32,000 nucleotides of DNA, from NCBI RefSeq assembly GCF_006345805.1, contig NW_021829680.1, forward strand, positions 1 through 32,000. Direction: 5' to 3'. The stretch comes from Octopus sinensis. Its lineage: Eukaryota. A model generated the notes under the pieces. The model ran no database searches. It was not told the origin of the DNA and saw nothing but the letters and a program-made list of their open reading frames with translations. The position numbers and the translations under genes were made by a program. This document shows positions 10,931-21,891 of the stretch, piece by piece; the stretch's first letter is position 1, and every line of letters starts with the position of its first letter.

Positions 10931-10935
10931 AATAA

Positions 10936-11140
10936 TGATCCTTTCTGCAATAGTCACAAGAGCTGAAATGTTGGGAGAGGGGACTAGTCGATTACATCGA
11001 CCACAGTGTTTCACTGGTACTTAATTTATCGACCCCGAAAGGCTGAAAGCAAAGTCGACCTCGGCAGAATTTGAGCTCAGAACGTAGCGAAGAGCGAAAT
11101 GCAGCTAAGCCTTCTGCCTGGCGTGCTAACAGCTCTACCT
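10936..11140 (-). mobile_element. SINE family A (unit 2)
   Basis: Same junction to the HINE 3' end as in unit 1. Confidence 0.9.
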
Positions 11141-11179
11141 TCAATAATAATAATAATAATAATAACAATAATAATAATA

Positions 11180-11233
<54 letters not shown>

Positions 11234-11267
11234 GGAGAAGAAGAAGAAGAAGAAGAAGAAGTAGAAG
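11141..11267. repeat. (AAT)n/(AAG)n microsatellite
   Basis: Directly visible. Confidence 0.95.
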
Positions 11268-11640
11268 AATTTATGCATTTATTTATCTATTTATTTATTT
11301 ATTTATTTATTTCCACAAGGGCAACGAATGGCTGACATTACAGAGAAAGAAAAAGTATCACAGTCTACAAAATAAGACTAATAACAACAGTGACTGTGAT
11401 AGGTAAAGATTATGTGTTTGAATGTCGCAAATAAAAGTTTTTGCAGTGAACTTTGTGTTATGTTGGTTGATCATGTCGGTGACTTTCCTAGCCAGTTTAC
11501 CATTCAGCTTCCCTCCTGGCATCAACCGTTTTAGTTGGCAGACTTTTGATGTTTGAATTCCAAAGAATGCTTTCTACTTTATCATTTCCACAACAACGTT
11601 TTCACATTGCTTTGATGGCATATTGTATGGATGTATATAC
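11268..11640 (-). mobile_element. Probable non-LTR (L1/Tx1-like) 3' end with (TAAA)n tail
   Basis: Minus strand ends ...cattcgttgcccttgtggaaataaataaataaat; only weak, decayed coding signal upstream, so the clade is a guess. Confidence 0.4.
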
Positions 11641-11641
11641 T

Positions 11642-12021
11642 TAGAGAGAGAGAGAGAGAGAGAGAGAGAAGGAGAGAGAGAAAGATAGGGTGAGAAAGAG
11701 TGAAAGAGAGTGGGTGACAAAGTGAAAGAAAGATTGGGAAACGAGAGGGTTAATGAGAGCTAGAGATAGTGAAGGGGAATGGAGAGAGGAGAGATAGATA
11801 AAATATGTGATTTTCTAGAAGATTATGTGACTGTGTGTACGTATGTGTGTAAAGAGAGAAAGAGTTAGAGAGAGAGAGAGAGAGAGAAAGAAAGAGAGAG
11901 AGAGAGAGAAAGAGATGGGGCTGATAACGAAAGAAGGACACGCTAGCAGAAGAGAATGATCAAGATTAAGAGACGAAGAATGAAGAAATAAAGTCAGATG
12001 GAATGAGAAAATTTGATATAG

Positions 12022-12081
<60 letters not shown>

Positions 12082-12082
12082 A

Positions 12083-12118
<36 letters not shown>

Positions 12119-12237
12119 AAGAAAGAGAGAGAGAGAGAGAAGGAGAGAGAGAAAGAGAGAGAGAGAGAGGGGGCAGAGAGCTCGAGTCAGAGCAAGAAAC
12201 AGTGACAAAGTACGTGTGTATGTGTGTATATATGCTA

Positions 12238-12271
<34 letters not shown>

Positions 12272-12285
12272 TTATGTGTGTGTGT
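11642..12285. repeat. Extended (GA)n / GA-rich polypurine tracts followed by (GT)n(GC)4
   Basis: Directly visible; source of the RE-repeat and SL-repeat ORFs. Confidence 0.92.
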
Positions 12286-13091
12286 GTAAGATAAATCGCG
12301 GTAAGACATTAAGAGGAAAAACAGAGCAAGATAGATACATAGAAATGAGAGAATTAGAGAGAGAAAGAGAACAAGTCTTCTTATGTTATACTCTACCAAT
12401 TTCTTCATGATTTCTGTCTGTTGTATTTTATCACTTTCATCTATTTCTTTGTATTTGTATATTTCTATGTATTTGTATATGTGGATCTGTTCTAATTCTC
12501 TCATTTCGCTGTGTACCTAATTTACCGTTTCTCAATTTACTTCTTACATACAAGCTTTGGTGCATTTGTCTAATCTCTGTCTCATTCTTTATTCATTATA
12601 TCTTAGATAAATTTATTAATTTGTGGTCAGTTTTCCTAACTGGGCATTATACCTCACAAATGTCTTAAACCATCCATAAACAGGAGAGGTCTGATAATTT
12701 GTCCGCACTGCCTGTAACCATTGGCTGTTTCATTCACTATGTTTATAATAGCGTCAGAGTTAGGCAAAACACTAGAATATAATTAGTCTTCCTGGAAGGT
12801 AACCCATCTTATTCAGATGTATGTAATTATGTGCAAAATGGTTGTTCTCCATTATGACATGACCTCGTTGATTGTATTTTGTTTGTACTGAAGACTGCTT
12901 TATTTATGTGGAGTGTTTTCGGTATCAAAATATGAGCTATACGATTAAATGCTTTATAGTCATCAATCCAGAATATTCTAACGTTTGGTTTTCTCTTTTC
13001 GCTGTGCATACATTCTTCAGAATAGATACAGCTCGTTTGACCGGCAGCTACTCTATACAGTTACACATCACTTCTAGCAACCTTCCTACTC

Positions 13092-13232
13092 CCCTAGCTA
13101 AATCGTTAGCACGTCGAGCTAAGTGCCGAGCTGCCTTTCGACCGTTTTTGCGTTCTGGTTTCAAATCCTTCCAACGTCGTTGTTGCCTTACATCCTTTCG
13201 GGGTCGATAAAATAAGTACCGTTTGAGCACTT
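13092..13232 (+). mobile_element. SINE family A fragment
   Basis: aatcgttagcacgtcgagc...catcctttcggggtcgataaaataagtacc. Confidence 0.85.
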
Positions 13233-13254
13233 AAAAAAGGGTAAATAACCCCTT

Positions 13255-13518
13255 TGGTTATGAATGACCATGGGATGGAACCTAGAAAGCTACCCTCCGA
13301 GGCATAGGGCAAGGTTGTTTTATTGGAGACCAGCAGTCGCCCATGCATACTAACCTCACGTCATCCATGTTATCCAAGCGAGAAGCCAAGGCCGATACAG
13401 CTTGACACCAGTGATATCGCAACTAATTTCTACACCTGAGTGAACAGGATCAACGTGAAACAATGTGTCTTGCTCAAGAACTGTAAGCCAGACACTCTAA
13501 CCACTGAGCCATGCGTCG
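13255..13518 (-). mobile_element. tRNA-derived CORE-type SINE, family E
   Basis: Minus head gcatggctcagtggttagagtg (A box), CORE-like ttcttgagcaagacacattgtttcacgttg, and a distinct tail ending ...ggtcattcataacc. Confidence 0.8.
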
Positions 13519-14369
13519 ATGGAATCGATTTATTCTCTCCCCCGAAATTGATCATTTTCAACCAAAGCGTATGATATGCCGTCATACAACTTATCATCTG
13601 TGCATGCAAGACTCTATTTCTTGCAAAGTTCCCATTACACCCTAAGAGCGACCTAATGATGTCGACTTATGCATTATTGTTATCGCCTGTAATATTCTCG
13701 GCGTTTCTACGGTCTGTCTAATTATGTCTAAGTGTTATGCTTACGCCAAGAGAGTTAATGACACGAATGAGGAAATATATATATGTATAGAAAAAGAAGG
13801 GAAAGAAAGGGAGGTAAAAAGAGACAGAACAGAAATAGCTGGATCAGTGAAAAAATTAGAAAAGGAAAATGCAAGAGACAGAGAGGAAAGGTCTATATTA
13901 CTCTGCATTTGTGTGTTCAAGTCGCAGGCAATGTCGAAATGTTTAACATAATGAAACAATATCATGAAAATCAATAAATTTCAGCATTAAAAGATAAATA
14001 TCGATAGATAGTTAAAACAAGTGAAATACCCTTAGTCAGGAAATAGCTGTAGATGGTACATTTTCATCTTTTACATATTCCAGACCAAAGACTGTAGTCA
14101 TGCTGGGGCATCACCGTTCTCCATTTTTTAAATAATTAGGATTAAATGCTTATTGGTATTATGAGAGCAGACAGATACATTGGCAAAAAACAAAAAACAA
14201 AAAAAAGCAAGAAAAAACAAAAAAAGATGTAATAGTTAATTAGATAGATAAGTAGATAGATAGATAAGTAAGTCAACAGATACATCAGTAGATATGCAGA
14301 TACAGATATATGTTAACAGATAAACAAACGGATAGTTGGACTGAAAAGGAATGAAAATAACCACAATTA

Positions 14370-14599
14370 GTAAGTAATTTGGACAGAGCATTCTGTGTAT
14401 CTTGAGCACCACCAGCAAAAAAAATTTTTTCCTCTGTCTTCCCTTCTCGGGATCTTTACTTCTCCTTGGTTTCCGACGAAGAGCTCCGCTCGAAACGTTA
14501 AACCCTCCTTCCCTTCTTTCCTGAGCGTCAAATAAATACTTTAATTTTTCCATGTCCTCGCGTTGCTGTGTTTTTTTTTCTGGGTTTTCTTGTTTGGAT

Positions 14600-14605
<6 letters not shown>
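14370..14605 (+). mobile_element. Penelope-derived terminal (pseudo-LTR) segment, family H
   Basis: Contains a hammerhead motif; homologous to 24250-24450 (shared ctgagcgtc...aatacttt...cgcgttg...tttggattaac(ta)n end). Confidence 0.75.
14468..14504 (+). ncRNA. Minimal type I hammerhead ribozyme motif (U4C variant)
   Basis: GGTTT-CCGACGA-A-GAGC-tcc-GCTC-GAAA-CG-T-T-AAACC: stem I GGTTT/AAACC, stem II GAGC/GCTC, palindromic ACGT helix III, predicted cut after 14499; only U4 deviates from the core consensus. Confidence 0.8.
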
Positions 14606-14647
<42 letters not shown>

Positions 14648-14650
<3 letters not shown>

Positions 14651-14993
14651 CCTTTTACTTGCTTCAACCATTAGAACGGAGTCATGCTGAGGCCCCGCCT
14701 TGAATAAGCATGGTACTTAAGCTCTCAGTCATTGCAGGATACATGAACACAAGATTTCAAGCGGTGGTGAGGGAGAAACACAGATATAATGACACAGACA
14801 CATTCATATACACACACGCACACACACACACGACGGGCTTCTTTCAGTTTCCATCTACCAAATACACTCAGAAGATTTTGGTTAGCACGAGGCTATAATA
14901 GAAAACACTGTCCCAAGGTGTCAGGCAGTGGGCCTGAAACCGGAACTATGAGGCTGGAAAGCAAATTGCTTAATAACACTTACCAGCGCCTAT
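14648..14993 (-). mobile_element. SINE family B-like, older diverged copy
   Basis: Head part gacgggcttctttcagtttccatctacc...cccaaggtgtcaggcagtgggcctgaaaccgg; degraded tail at 14648-14820. Confidence 0.8.
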
Positions 14994-15215
14994 ATGTGAT
15001 AAGATTTATCTTTTTAATTCATCATTTATTCCCTTAAACTATAAAGCACACTGTATCTGTTTAACATATCACATGAAAGTACAAAAAACTCATTTAACTT
15101 ACAGTTAAAATACTGTTTTGATTAAATGGCAGGATTCCAAGTTTTGGAAATTTTTTGCTTGATATACTGTGGAATTGTTGTTGTTGTTATTGTTGCTATT
15201 ATTATTATTATTATT

Positions 15216-15500
15216 AAGGCGGCGAGCTGGCAGAATCGTTTTGTATATGGTTTTATCTCATTTTACACCCCCTTCTCCTATTCCCCCTTTCATCTCTTAT
15301 GTAAAACCCTACAAAAATTTGTAAAATGCCCTTGTAATGTCCCTCCTCATCTCATGCGCCTGGGACAAGCGAAAGAAATTATCATCATCATCATTTTTAG
15401 AATAGAATCGTTAGCAATATGCTTAGCAGCATTTCGTCCGTCCTTAGTTCTGAGATCAAATTCCAACGAGGTCGATTTTGCCTTTCGTCATTTCGGGATC
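15216..15500 (+). mobile_element. SINE family A split by a nested insertion
   Basis: Head taaggcggcgagctggcagaatcgtt (15215-15240) resumes at agaatcgttagc (15404); agaatcgtt is duplicated on both sides. Confidence 0.85.
15241..15403 (+). mobile_element. Non-LTR retrotransposon 3' tail with (ATC)n end
   Basis: C-rich UTR ending ctgggacaagcgaaagaaatt(atc)4; flanked by a 9-bp target-site duplication. Confidence 0.65.
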
Positions 15501-15517
15501 GATATATTCCAGGCTAT

Positions 15518-15600
15518 ATGCGACGAGCTGGCAGAATTGTTAGCACGCCGGACAATATGCTTGGTAGTATTTTGTCCGTCTTTACTTTCTCAGTTACACT
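15518..15600 (+). mobile_element. SINE family A head fragment
   Basis: gcgacgagctggcagaattgttagcacgccggacaatatgctt. Confidence 0.8.
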
Positions 15601-15619
15601 AAAAAATTATGATCATTTT

Positions 15620-15695
15620 AGTTATCATTATCAATATTATTATTATTATTGTTGTTGTTGTTGTTGTTATTGTTGTTGTTGTTGTTGTTCTTCTT

Positions 15696-15761
<66 letters not shown>

Positions 15762-15765
15762 GTTT
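15620..15765. repeat. Compound (ATT)n/(GTT)n/(CTT)n/(ATT)n microsatellite
   Basis: Directly visible. Confidence 0.95.
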
Positions 15766-16097
15766 TCATATACACACAGCAGATTAGACAGTTGGAAAAA
15801 TAAACATCCTAGCATTAGGCTACAACAAGTAAACTTAGATGCCCAGAACCATCCTAAGTATCTTGGCTGTTCCTTGGAGCTGTACTAAACTGGCTTTTAA
15901 GCCTATTTCCTCTATCCATTTGTTCAATTATTTAGGGATAGTTGTCAATGCACTTATAACTACAAGGATACATTTTACCCATACTTTCCATAGTCCCTCT
16001 AATTCAATAACTAGATCCCTGATACATTGCTATTTTCCTATACCTCTCATACTGATTTTTTTCATCATTTGATACTGCAAAGTCAATTATCAGGTAC
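15766..16097 (-). mobile_element. R4/Dong-clade element, restriction-like endonuclease C-terminus plus 3' UTR
   Basis: YLIIDFAVSNDEKNQYERYRKIAMYQ / DLVIELEGLWKVWVKCILVVISALTTIPK / GTAKILRMVLGI* matches the IID.AVP.D...KE.EK..KYQDL..E..RLW...PVVIGALG...GTA.ILR.VL pattern; ends in (AAT)n. Confidence 0.88.
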
Positions 16098-16246
16098 TCT
16101 TCTTCTTCTTCTTCTTCTTCTTCTTCTTCTTCTTCTTCTTCTTCTTCTTCTTCTTCTTCTTCTTCTTCTTCTTCTTCTTCTTCTTCTTCTTCTTCTTCTT
16201 CTTCTTCTTCTTCTTCTTCTTCTTCTTCTTCTTCTTCTCTTCTTCT
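16098..16246. repeat. Nearly pure (TTC)n/(GAA)n tract of about 150 bp
   Basis: Directly visible; gives the poly-E and poly-L ORFs. Confidence 0.97.
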
Positions 16247-18115
16247 ATGTTCACTGAGTGCTGATATCACAACTGAATGAGTACTGCTCCGCTGCGTGTC
16301 CTACAGCTCTGTGAATGCTTTGACTTGTTTTAAATGTTGGTTATAACAGAAGACCATGTCTTCTGTGTCATTATATTTTTTCGTTCTTCCTCTCCGATCT
16401 ACACTATGTCCCACATTATTAGGGAAATCAACCTTCTCTCAATAAATAAATGTATATTCGTTCAAAACCAATTGTTTTCCCATTGACTGTTGGCAACACC
16501 TATCTGCGCACATTCTGTTATAGAGACCTAATTCCCTGTTCCTATTACTTATTGTGTAATAGCTCCTGCTACATGTCTCTACTGGTCTCGTCTCTATCGA
16601 TCTACTGTTCGTCTAAGCTTTTTATCCATAGGTTTTTGTGGGCACCGATTTGTAGCGATTCCCGCTCTCTGTCTTTGTGGAGGTATCGGCTTGTATTGGA
16701 ATTGCCTTCCTTTGACTGTTGGTCCTTAGTTTATTACTATCCCCACTATTACCATCCCCCACTATGATGGTGCTAGTGTTCGAGTCGCTTCTGTTACTAA
16801 CTAAACCTGCCCTGTTATCCGTTGGTACGTTCATTTTTCTTGTCTCGTATGCTATTTTCACCGGTCTATCGGAAGTGAGATATTTTTCTCGCGTTGTGTC
16901 TTGCTAGGTTATGGCTAGTGGAAAAAGTGAGCCGGACATTGTGCGTATGGAATGTTCTATGGTATTTGCTAAACTTCGGAAAGTGTTTCCCGATCGCGGT
17001 GTAAAACTGCTTCGGAATGTTGTTTTCTGAATCCGGTATTATACCATTGAGTAGTTCTGGAATTCCTATTACTTTGAGCATTATTATGCATTTTGTGGTT
17101 GTTAATGTTGGAGTTTTTTCGCTTCTTGTGGTAGCTGTCCGGGTATGAGGTGGGATGTTTCTTGCTATCAAATTTCTTTGTTGTGTTTTGTGTATGTGTA
17201 AACCTGGGGTAGTTTACTTTGCTTCTAAGGTTCAGCGTACTATGGCTTCTACCGTTATTTCCATTATGTAGTTTCATACGAGAATCCCTCGTGTTTGTAT
17301 GTTTTTATTACCATCTGAACTGCATATTTTTGGCTGTATACTATGCATTCGTTCCTCTTTTTTATTGTTGATTTCTCTATCCGTTTATGAGGATTTATTT
17401 GGTTGTTATGGTTATTTTTTAGTGTATTTTGCTGTCCTATGCGTTCCTTATTATATTTATCTATTTTGATTTGATTTACTGATCTATACACTAATTTATT
17501 TTTGTATCTTGTTTCTTCTAACGCTTTGTTATAGGAATAGGAATTTTCATTTAGTTTAAATATCTCCTAATTAGCCGACAGTCTACATTTACGGGTGGAA
17601 ATGTTTCTGACTATGATTAGGTTATACACTTGGGGTGATTACTATTTGAGGTTTCCGTTAGGTTTGTGGTATGCTTGAATAAGCCGGTACTTTGATATAG
17701 TGTAACGTCTAAGAAGTTGACTGCGGTGTGTTCTTCCTGTATTGAGATGGCTAGCCCTATGCCTTTGAAGAACATGAATAATCTTTATCTGTATCTTTCT
17801 ATCTCAACGTTGGAAGGGTTATGCAAGGTGAACAGAATAAAATATAAAGCCCTGCTAGATCGGTTACCTGGGCGGAGTCGCGTTATCCCTTGGTTATATC
17901 CGGCCTACATTTTCTCACCCAGTATTTTCTTTCGACATCTATAATAAACTTTCTGTCGGCTAGCACTACATCAAGTTCTTCTCTACGTAATCTCAGTGTT
18001 TTCATGGTGAACATAAGTGCTTTGTTGAGGGAAATGGGGTTAACAGTGGCATAATAGCAGGATATAATTAGTTGGGTGAATTTAATTTTTTTAGCCGGTG
18101 ATTTTGATAAGATCG
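16247..18115 (-). mobile_element. Decayed Penelope-like element (RT plus linker; probably Naiad-type)
   Basis: LNKALMF...EELDVVLADRK...YWVRK...DITKG*RDSAQVTDLAGLYIL (~WVKK..[22 protein letters not shown]); FKGIGLAISI...VNFLDVTL..YHKPN; TTQWYNT (~WFNPP); IGKHFPKFSKYHRTFHTHNVRLTFST.HNL. Many stops and frameshifts; the GIY-YIG domain is not visible. Clade assignment is from memory of motifs. Confidence 0.85.
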
Positions 18116-18119
18116 CTGT

Positions 18120-18585
18120 CCTTGTTCTCCTCCTCTTCCTCCTCTTCTTATTCTTCCGCCTCTTCCTCTTCTTCCACCTCCTCTTCATTTTCCATCACCT
18201 CCTGCTGCTACGGCCCCATCCTCCTCCCCATCTTCCTTCTGCCCTCCTCATTTTTGCTGCCGCCGCCATCAATTCGATCTGCACCACCGTCATCGTCGTC
18301 GTCATCATCATCATCATCATCACCATTCTATATATCATCATCATCCTTATCATCATCGTCGTCGTCTTCGTCGTTGTCATCACCATTATCCTCAATTTTT
18401 TTTTCTATTTCATCGTCGTTATTATTGTGGCTATTGTCGCTTTCATCACGTCCTCGCTGTCATAATACTAGCAGCATCAGCGGCAGCATTAGAAACCGCA
18501 GCAACGTCAGTAACAGCAGCAGCAGCAGCAGCACAGCAGAAGCAGTAGTAGCAGTAGTAGTAGTAGCAGCAGCAGCAGCAATGCT
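18120..18585. repeat. Mosaic low-complexity trinucleotide region (CTC/ATC/GTC/GCA/GTA)
   Basis: Directly visible; explains ORFs 18076..18465, 18098..18601 and 18195..18395. Confidence 0.85.
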
Positions 18586-18909
18586 ATTTTATTACATTTA
18601 ATGATATTTCCTCATCCTTCTTTTCCTGTTTAAACTGGACTGACTGCCTACGTAAAAATAGGCAAGTTAAAAGATCAAAGGATTGGAGAGAAAAAAGAGA
18701 AAGAGGAAAAAAGCCGAAAGATCCTCACCAAAGGATAAGTCTGGCAGCAAAACAAGACGTAGAATATCATCCACAGAGTATTCGGCCGAAACATGTCCGA
18801 ACAGAACTTTCATCTATCACGTGACTATCTGTCTGTGTAGATTTCTTTTTTCTTGATGTTTCAAAGATTTTATTGCCAAACAGCCTTCGATGTCCACTAC
18901 GCTCATACA

Positions 18910-18926
18910 CTCATATATATATATAT

Positions 18927-18957
<31 letters not shown>

Positions 18958-19121
18958 ACATATGTAGATGTTAAGATACATATCCATATGCGTATTTCAC
19001 CTTGTGTATAAGACGATGCATCTGTTTTCCTCTTTTTCTCTCACTGTGTGTGTATGTATGGTACACGTATGTGTGTGTGTATGTGTGTGTGTGTGTATGT
19101 GTGGGTGTGTATGTGTGTGTT

Positions 19122-19158
<37 letters not shown>

Positions 19159-19283
19159 ACACACGTGTTTTATGTTCGAATGGATATAGAAAATTCTTCT
19201 GAAGAACGATATAGGCAAAATGAACTAGATTGGTGAGTACAAAGTTATCAGGCAACTATGGGTCTTATACATACATCTATATG

Positions 19284-19318
<35 letters not shown>

Positions 19319-19505
19319 CTTCTAAATATGTGTGTATATGTGTGTTACGGGAGGAGAAAGGAGGGTATGGAGTAGCAGTGCCAGTGAAAGATAAAAGAAT
19401 GGAAAGAAGAAAACCAAGAAAAAAAAGAAGGAAATGAAAGAACAAAGCGTATAAAATAATACAAAAAACAAGATACATATATATACATATATGTATGCAT
19501 GTATG

Positions 19506-19554
<49 letters not shown>

Positions 19555-19599
19555 GAATACAGACCTTCATCCTTGCACTTGCATACAGGCATTTACACA

Positions 19600-19645
<46 letters not shown>

Positions 19646-19685
19646 TGTGTGTGTGTGGTGTGTGTGTGTGTGTATGTGTGTGTGA
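18910..19685. repeat. Cluster of (TA)n and (GT)n microsatellites with short spacers
   Basis: Directly visible. Confidence 0.9.
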
Positions 19686-19699
19686 GGAAGAAGAAAAGA

Positions 19700-20400
19700 A
19701 TTTGTAGAGAAATCTTGATCAGATCAAAGGTTTTTTTGAATTGTACGATTACTCTTAGTTTTCGAAATATGAAAAATTTTATAATCCTTCGAGCGGTGAA
19801 AGATTCATCCACAAATGGTTATCGTTCTATATATTTTTGTTATTATCAAAAGAGGCGTATAAGATAGCCGATATAGTAAGTAATACGGATCCCGCTTCTT
19901 TTCTTCTCTCCACAATATGCTATTCCTGGTTCAAATTTTATCTTCGTCGATGCATTTCTTCCACACCATTGAAAAGAATATATAAGGTCGTCACAGAAAT
20001 AGGTTTAGATTTGACAGACTGAAACCCTTACTTATTGTACTCATCACCGTTTATATTAAGTTTAGACAAATAACTTACTTATCTCAAATCTGGTTAATGT
20101 ATTCTTTTGCATTCCTTTCATATGTATCCCATAAACGTGCTGTAAGTTGGGTAACAATTCATGACTATTATCCTCATTTGCATCCAAGAATGGATATATT
20201 TGATCTTTATTCATGTATAAAAACTAACGATTTCTGTCAGACCACTTGTATACTGTTTTTTCTTTAAATCTGGGTTCAAATATTAGACAGCCATCTTGCT
20301 GCGGTATTAACTTCAGTAGAGTACTTATCTAATATATTTATCAGACTGGTTACCAAATGTTTCATTATCTTTAGACCTAAAAGGATACAACCCTACGCAT
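19700..20400 (-). mobile_element. Possible very decayed Penelope-like RT fragment
   Basis: Weak motif echoes in the right order: EIVSFYT*I (~DVVSLYTNI), LNINGDEY..*G (~FNG..Y.Q..G), frameshifted YI-D-DNHLW (~YIDD.F..W). Confidence 0.35.
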
Positions 20401-20916
20401 AGCTTTACACTTGTATTATCGATACACACACACGCGCACACACACAGAGAAGCAGAAAGGAGGTCCTTCATTCGTGAACGGTTGTTAAAGCGCTGAAACT
20501 AAATGAAAATAGAATCCGTAATTGATTCTATCGAATAAATCCAAATAGTTAAAAAAAAATTAATTAAAACGTTTAAATTAAATTGTGTTGGCTCAATTAT
20601 ATATTTTGTAAAGTAAGATATCACCTGTAGATTACACGTGTTATATGGTAACTCTTGTGTATTCCTGTCATCGCAGGTTTTCATATGAGCAATAAAACTA
20701 GTCTTGAACCAGCAGAGGATTTGACGTATTTAGTAGATGTCATCCTTTTGTACAAAAGGGGAGATTAAAATTGTGCTTTAGAGTGGAATATGTTCTAATA
20801 ATCCTATCACGTTTTCTTGAATCCCTAAGTCATACAAAATCCCGTATTACAATGAGTTTGAAACCGAAGTCACAAGTGCTCCTACGATTGTAACTCAGAT
20901 TCTAAATGCTTTAATA

Positions 20917-21682
20917 CTCTTTTACTCTTTTACTTGTTTCAGTCACTTGGCTGCGGCCATGCTGGAGCACCGCCTTTAGTCGAGCAAATCGACCCTAGGA
21001 CTTATTCTTTGTAAGCCTAGTACTTATTCTATCGGTCTCTGCGAACCGCTAAATTTCGGGGTCGTAAACACACCAGCATCGGTTGTCAGGCGATGTTGGG
21101 GGGACAAGCACAGACACACAAAGACACACACACACACACACACATACATACATACATATATATATATATACATTCTTGACTCCGCCGGTTACGACGACGA
21201 GGGTCCCAGCTGATACGATCAACGGAACAGCCTGCTCGTGAAATTAACGTGCAAATGGCTGAGCATTCCACAGACACGTGTACCCTAACGTAGTTCTCGG
21301 GGATAATCAGCGTGACACAGAGAGTGACAAGGCTGACCCTTTGAAATACAAGTACAACTCTTTTTGCCAGCTGAGTGGACTGGAGCAACGTGAAATAAAG
21401 TGTCTTGCTCAAGGACACAACGCGTCGCCGGGAATCGAACTCACAACCTTACGATCATGAGCCGAATGCCCTAACCACTAATCCACGCGCCCTCACTACA
21501 TATACATATACTATATACGACGGACTTCTTTCAGTTTCCGTCTACCAACTCCACTTACAAGGCTTTGGTCGGCCCGAGGCTATAGTAGAAGACACTTGCC
21601 CAAGGTGCCAGGCAGTGGGACTGAGCCCGGAACCATGTGGTTCGTAAGTACGCTACTTATCACCCAGCCACTCCCGCATCTA
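20917..21682 (-). mobile_element. SINE family B, full length, interrupted in its central microsatellite
   Basis: Tail 20917-21170; head 21519-21682 with CORE-like gcaccttgggcaagtgtctt and A/B-box-like head on the minus strand. Confidence 0.92.
21171..21498 (-). mobile_element. tRNA-derived CORE-type SINE, family F, nested in family B
   Basis: Minus head gagggcgcgtggattagtggttagggcattcggctcatgatcgtaaggttgtgagttcgattcccggcg, CORE-like gtgtccttgagcaagacacttt, tail ...cgtaaccggcggagtcaag. Confidence 0.92.
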
Positions 21683-21891
21683 TAATAATAGTTAATAGTT
21701 TATTTTTACATCGCAGTAGATATCTATAAACTCGTCGAGAGAGGGATAGCTCGTAGCTAACTATGAAGCGGAACATCAGGGATTCCCGTATTTTTCATAC
21801 AAATGACAATCCAGTACCGTCCAGTGTATTTATGCCCGTAACGAGGTTTTATTGGTACTTACGGCACAATCTTCGAGGATATCAATAATAT

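Noticed and set aside
18076-18601. Longest plus-strand ORFs (129 aa and 167 aa) as a host gene
   Set aside because: Mosaic trinucleotide low-complexity sequence open in several frames on both strands; no domain or splice support.
18770-18800. Hammerhead at ggccGAAAcatgtc
   Set aside because: Palindromic ACATGT is present, but there is no CUGANGA, no stem II and no stem I partner.
20050-20225. Minus-strand exon candidate ending GATAA|GTAAGT
   Set aside because: Weak acceptor, and it overlaps the suspected decayed Penelope RT region.
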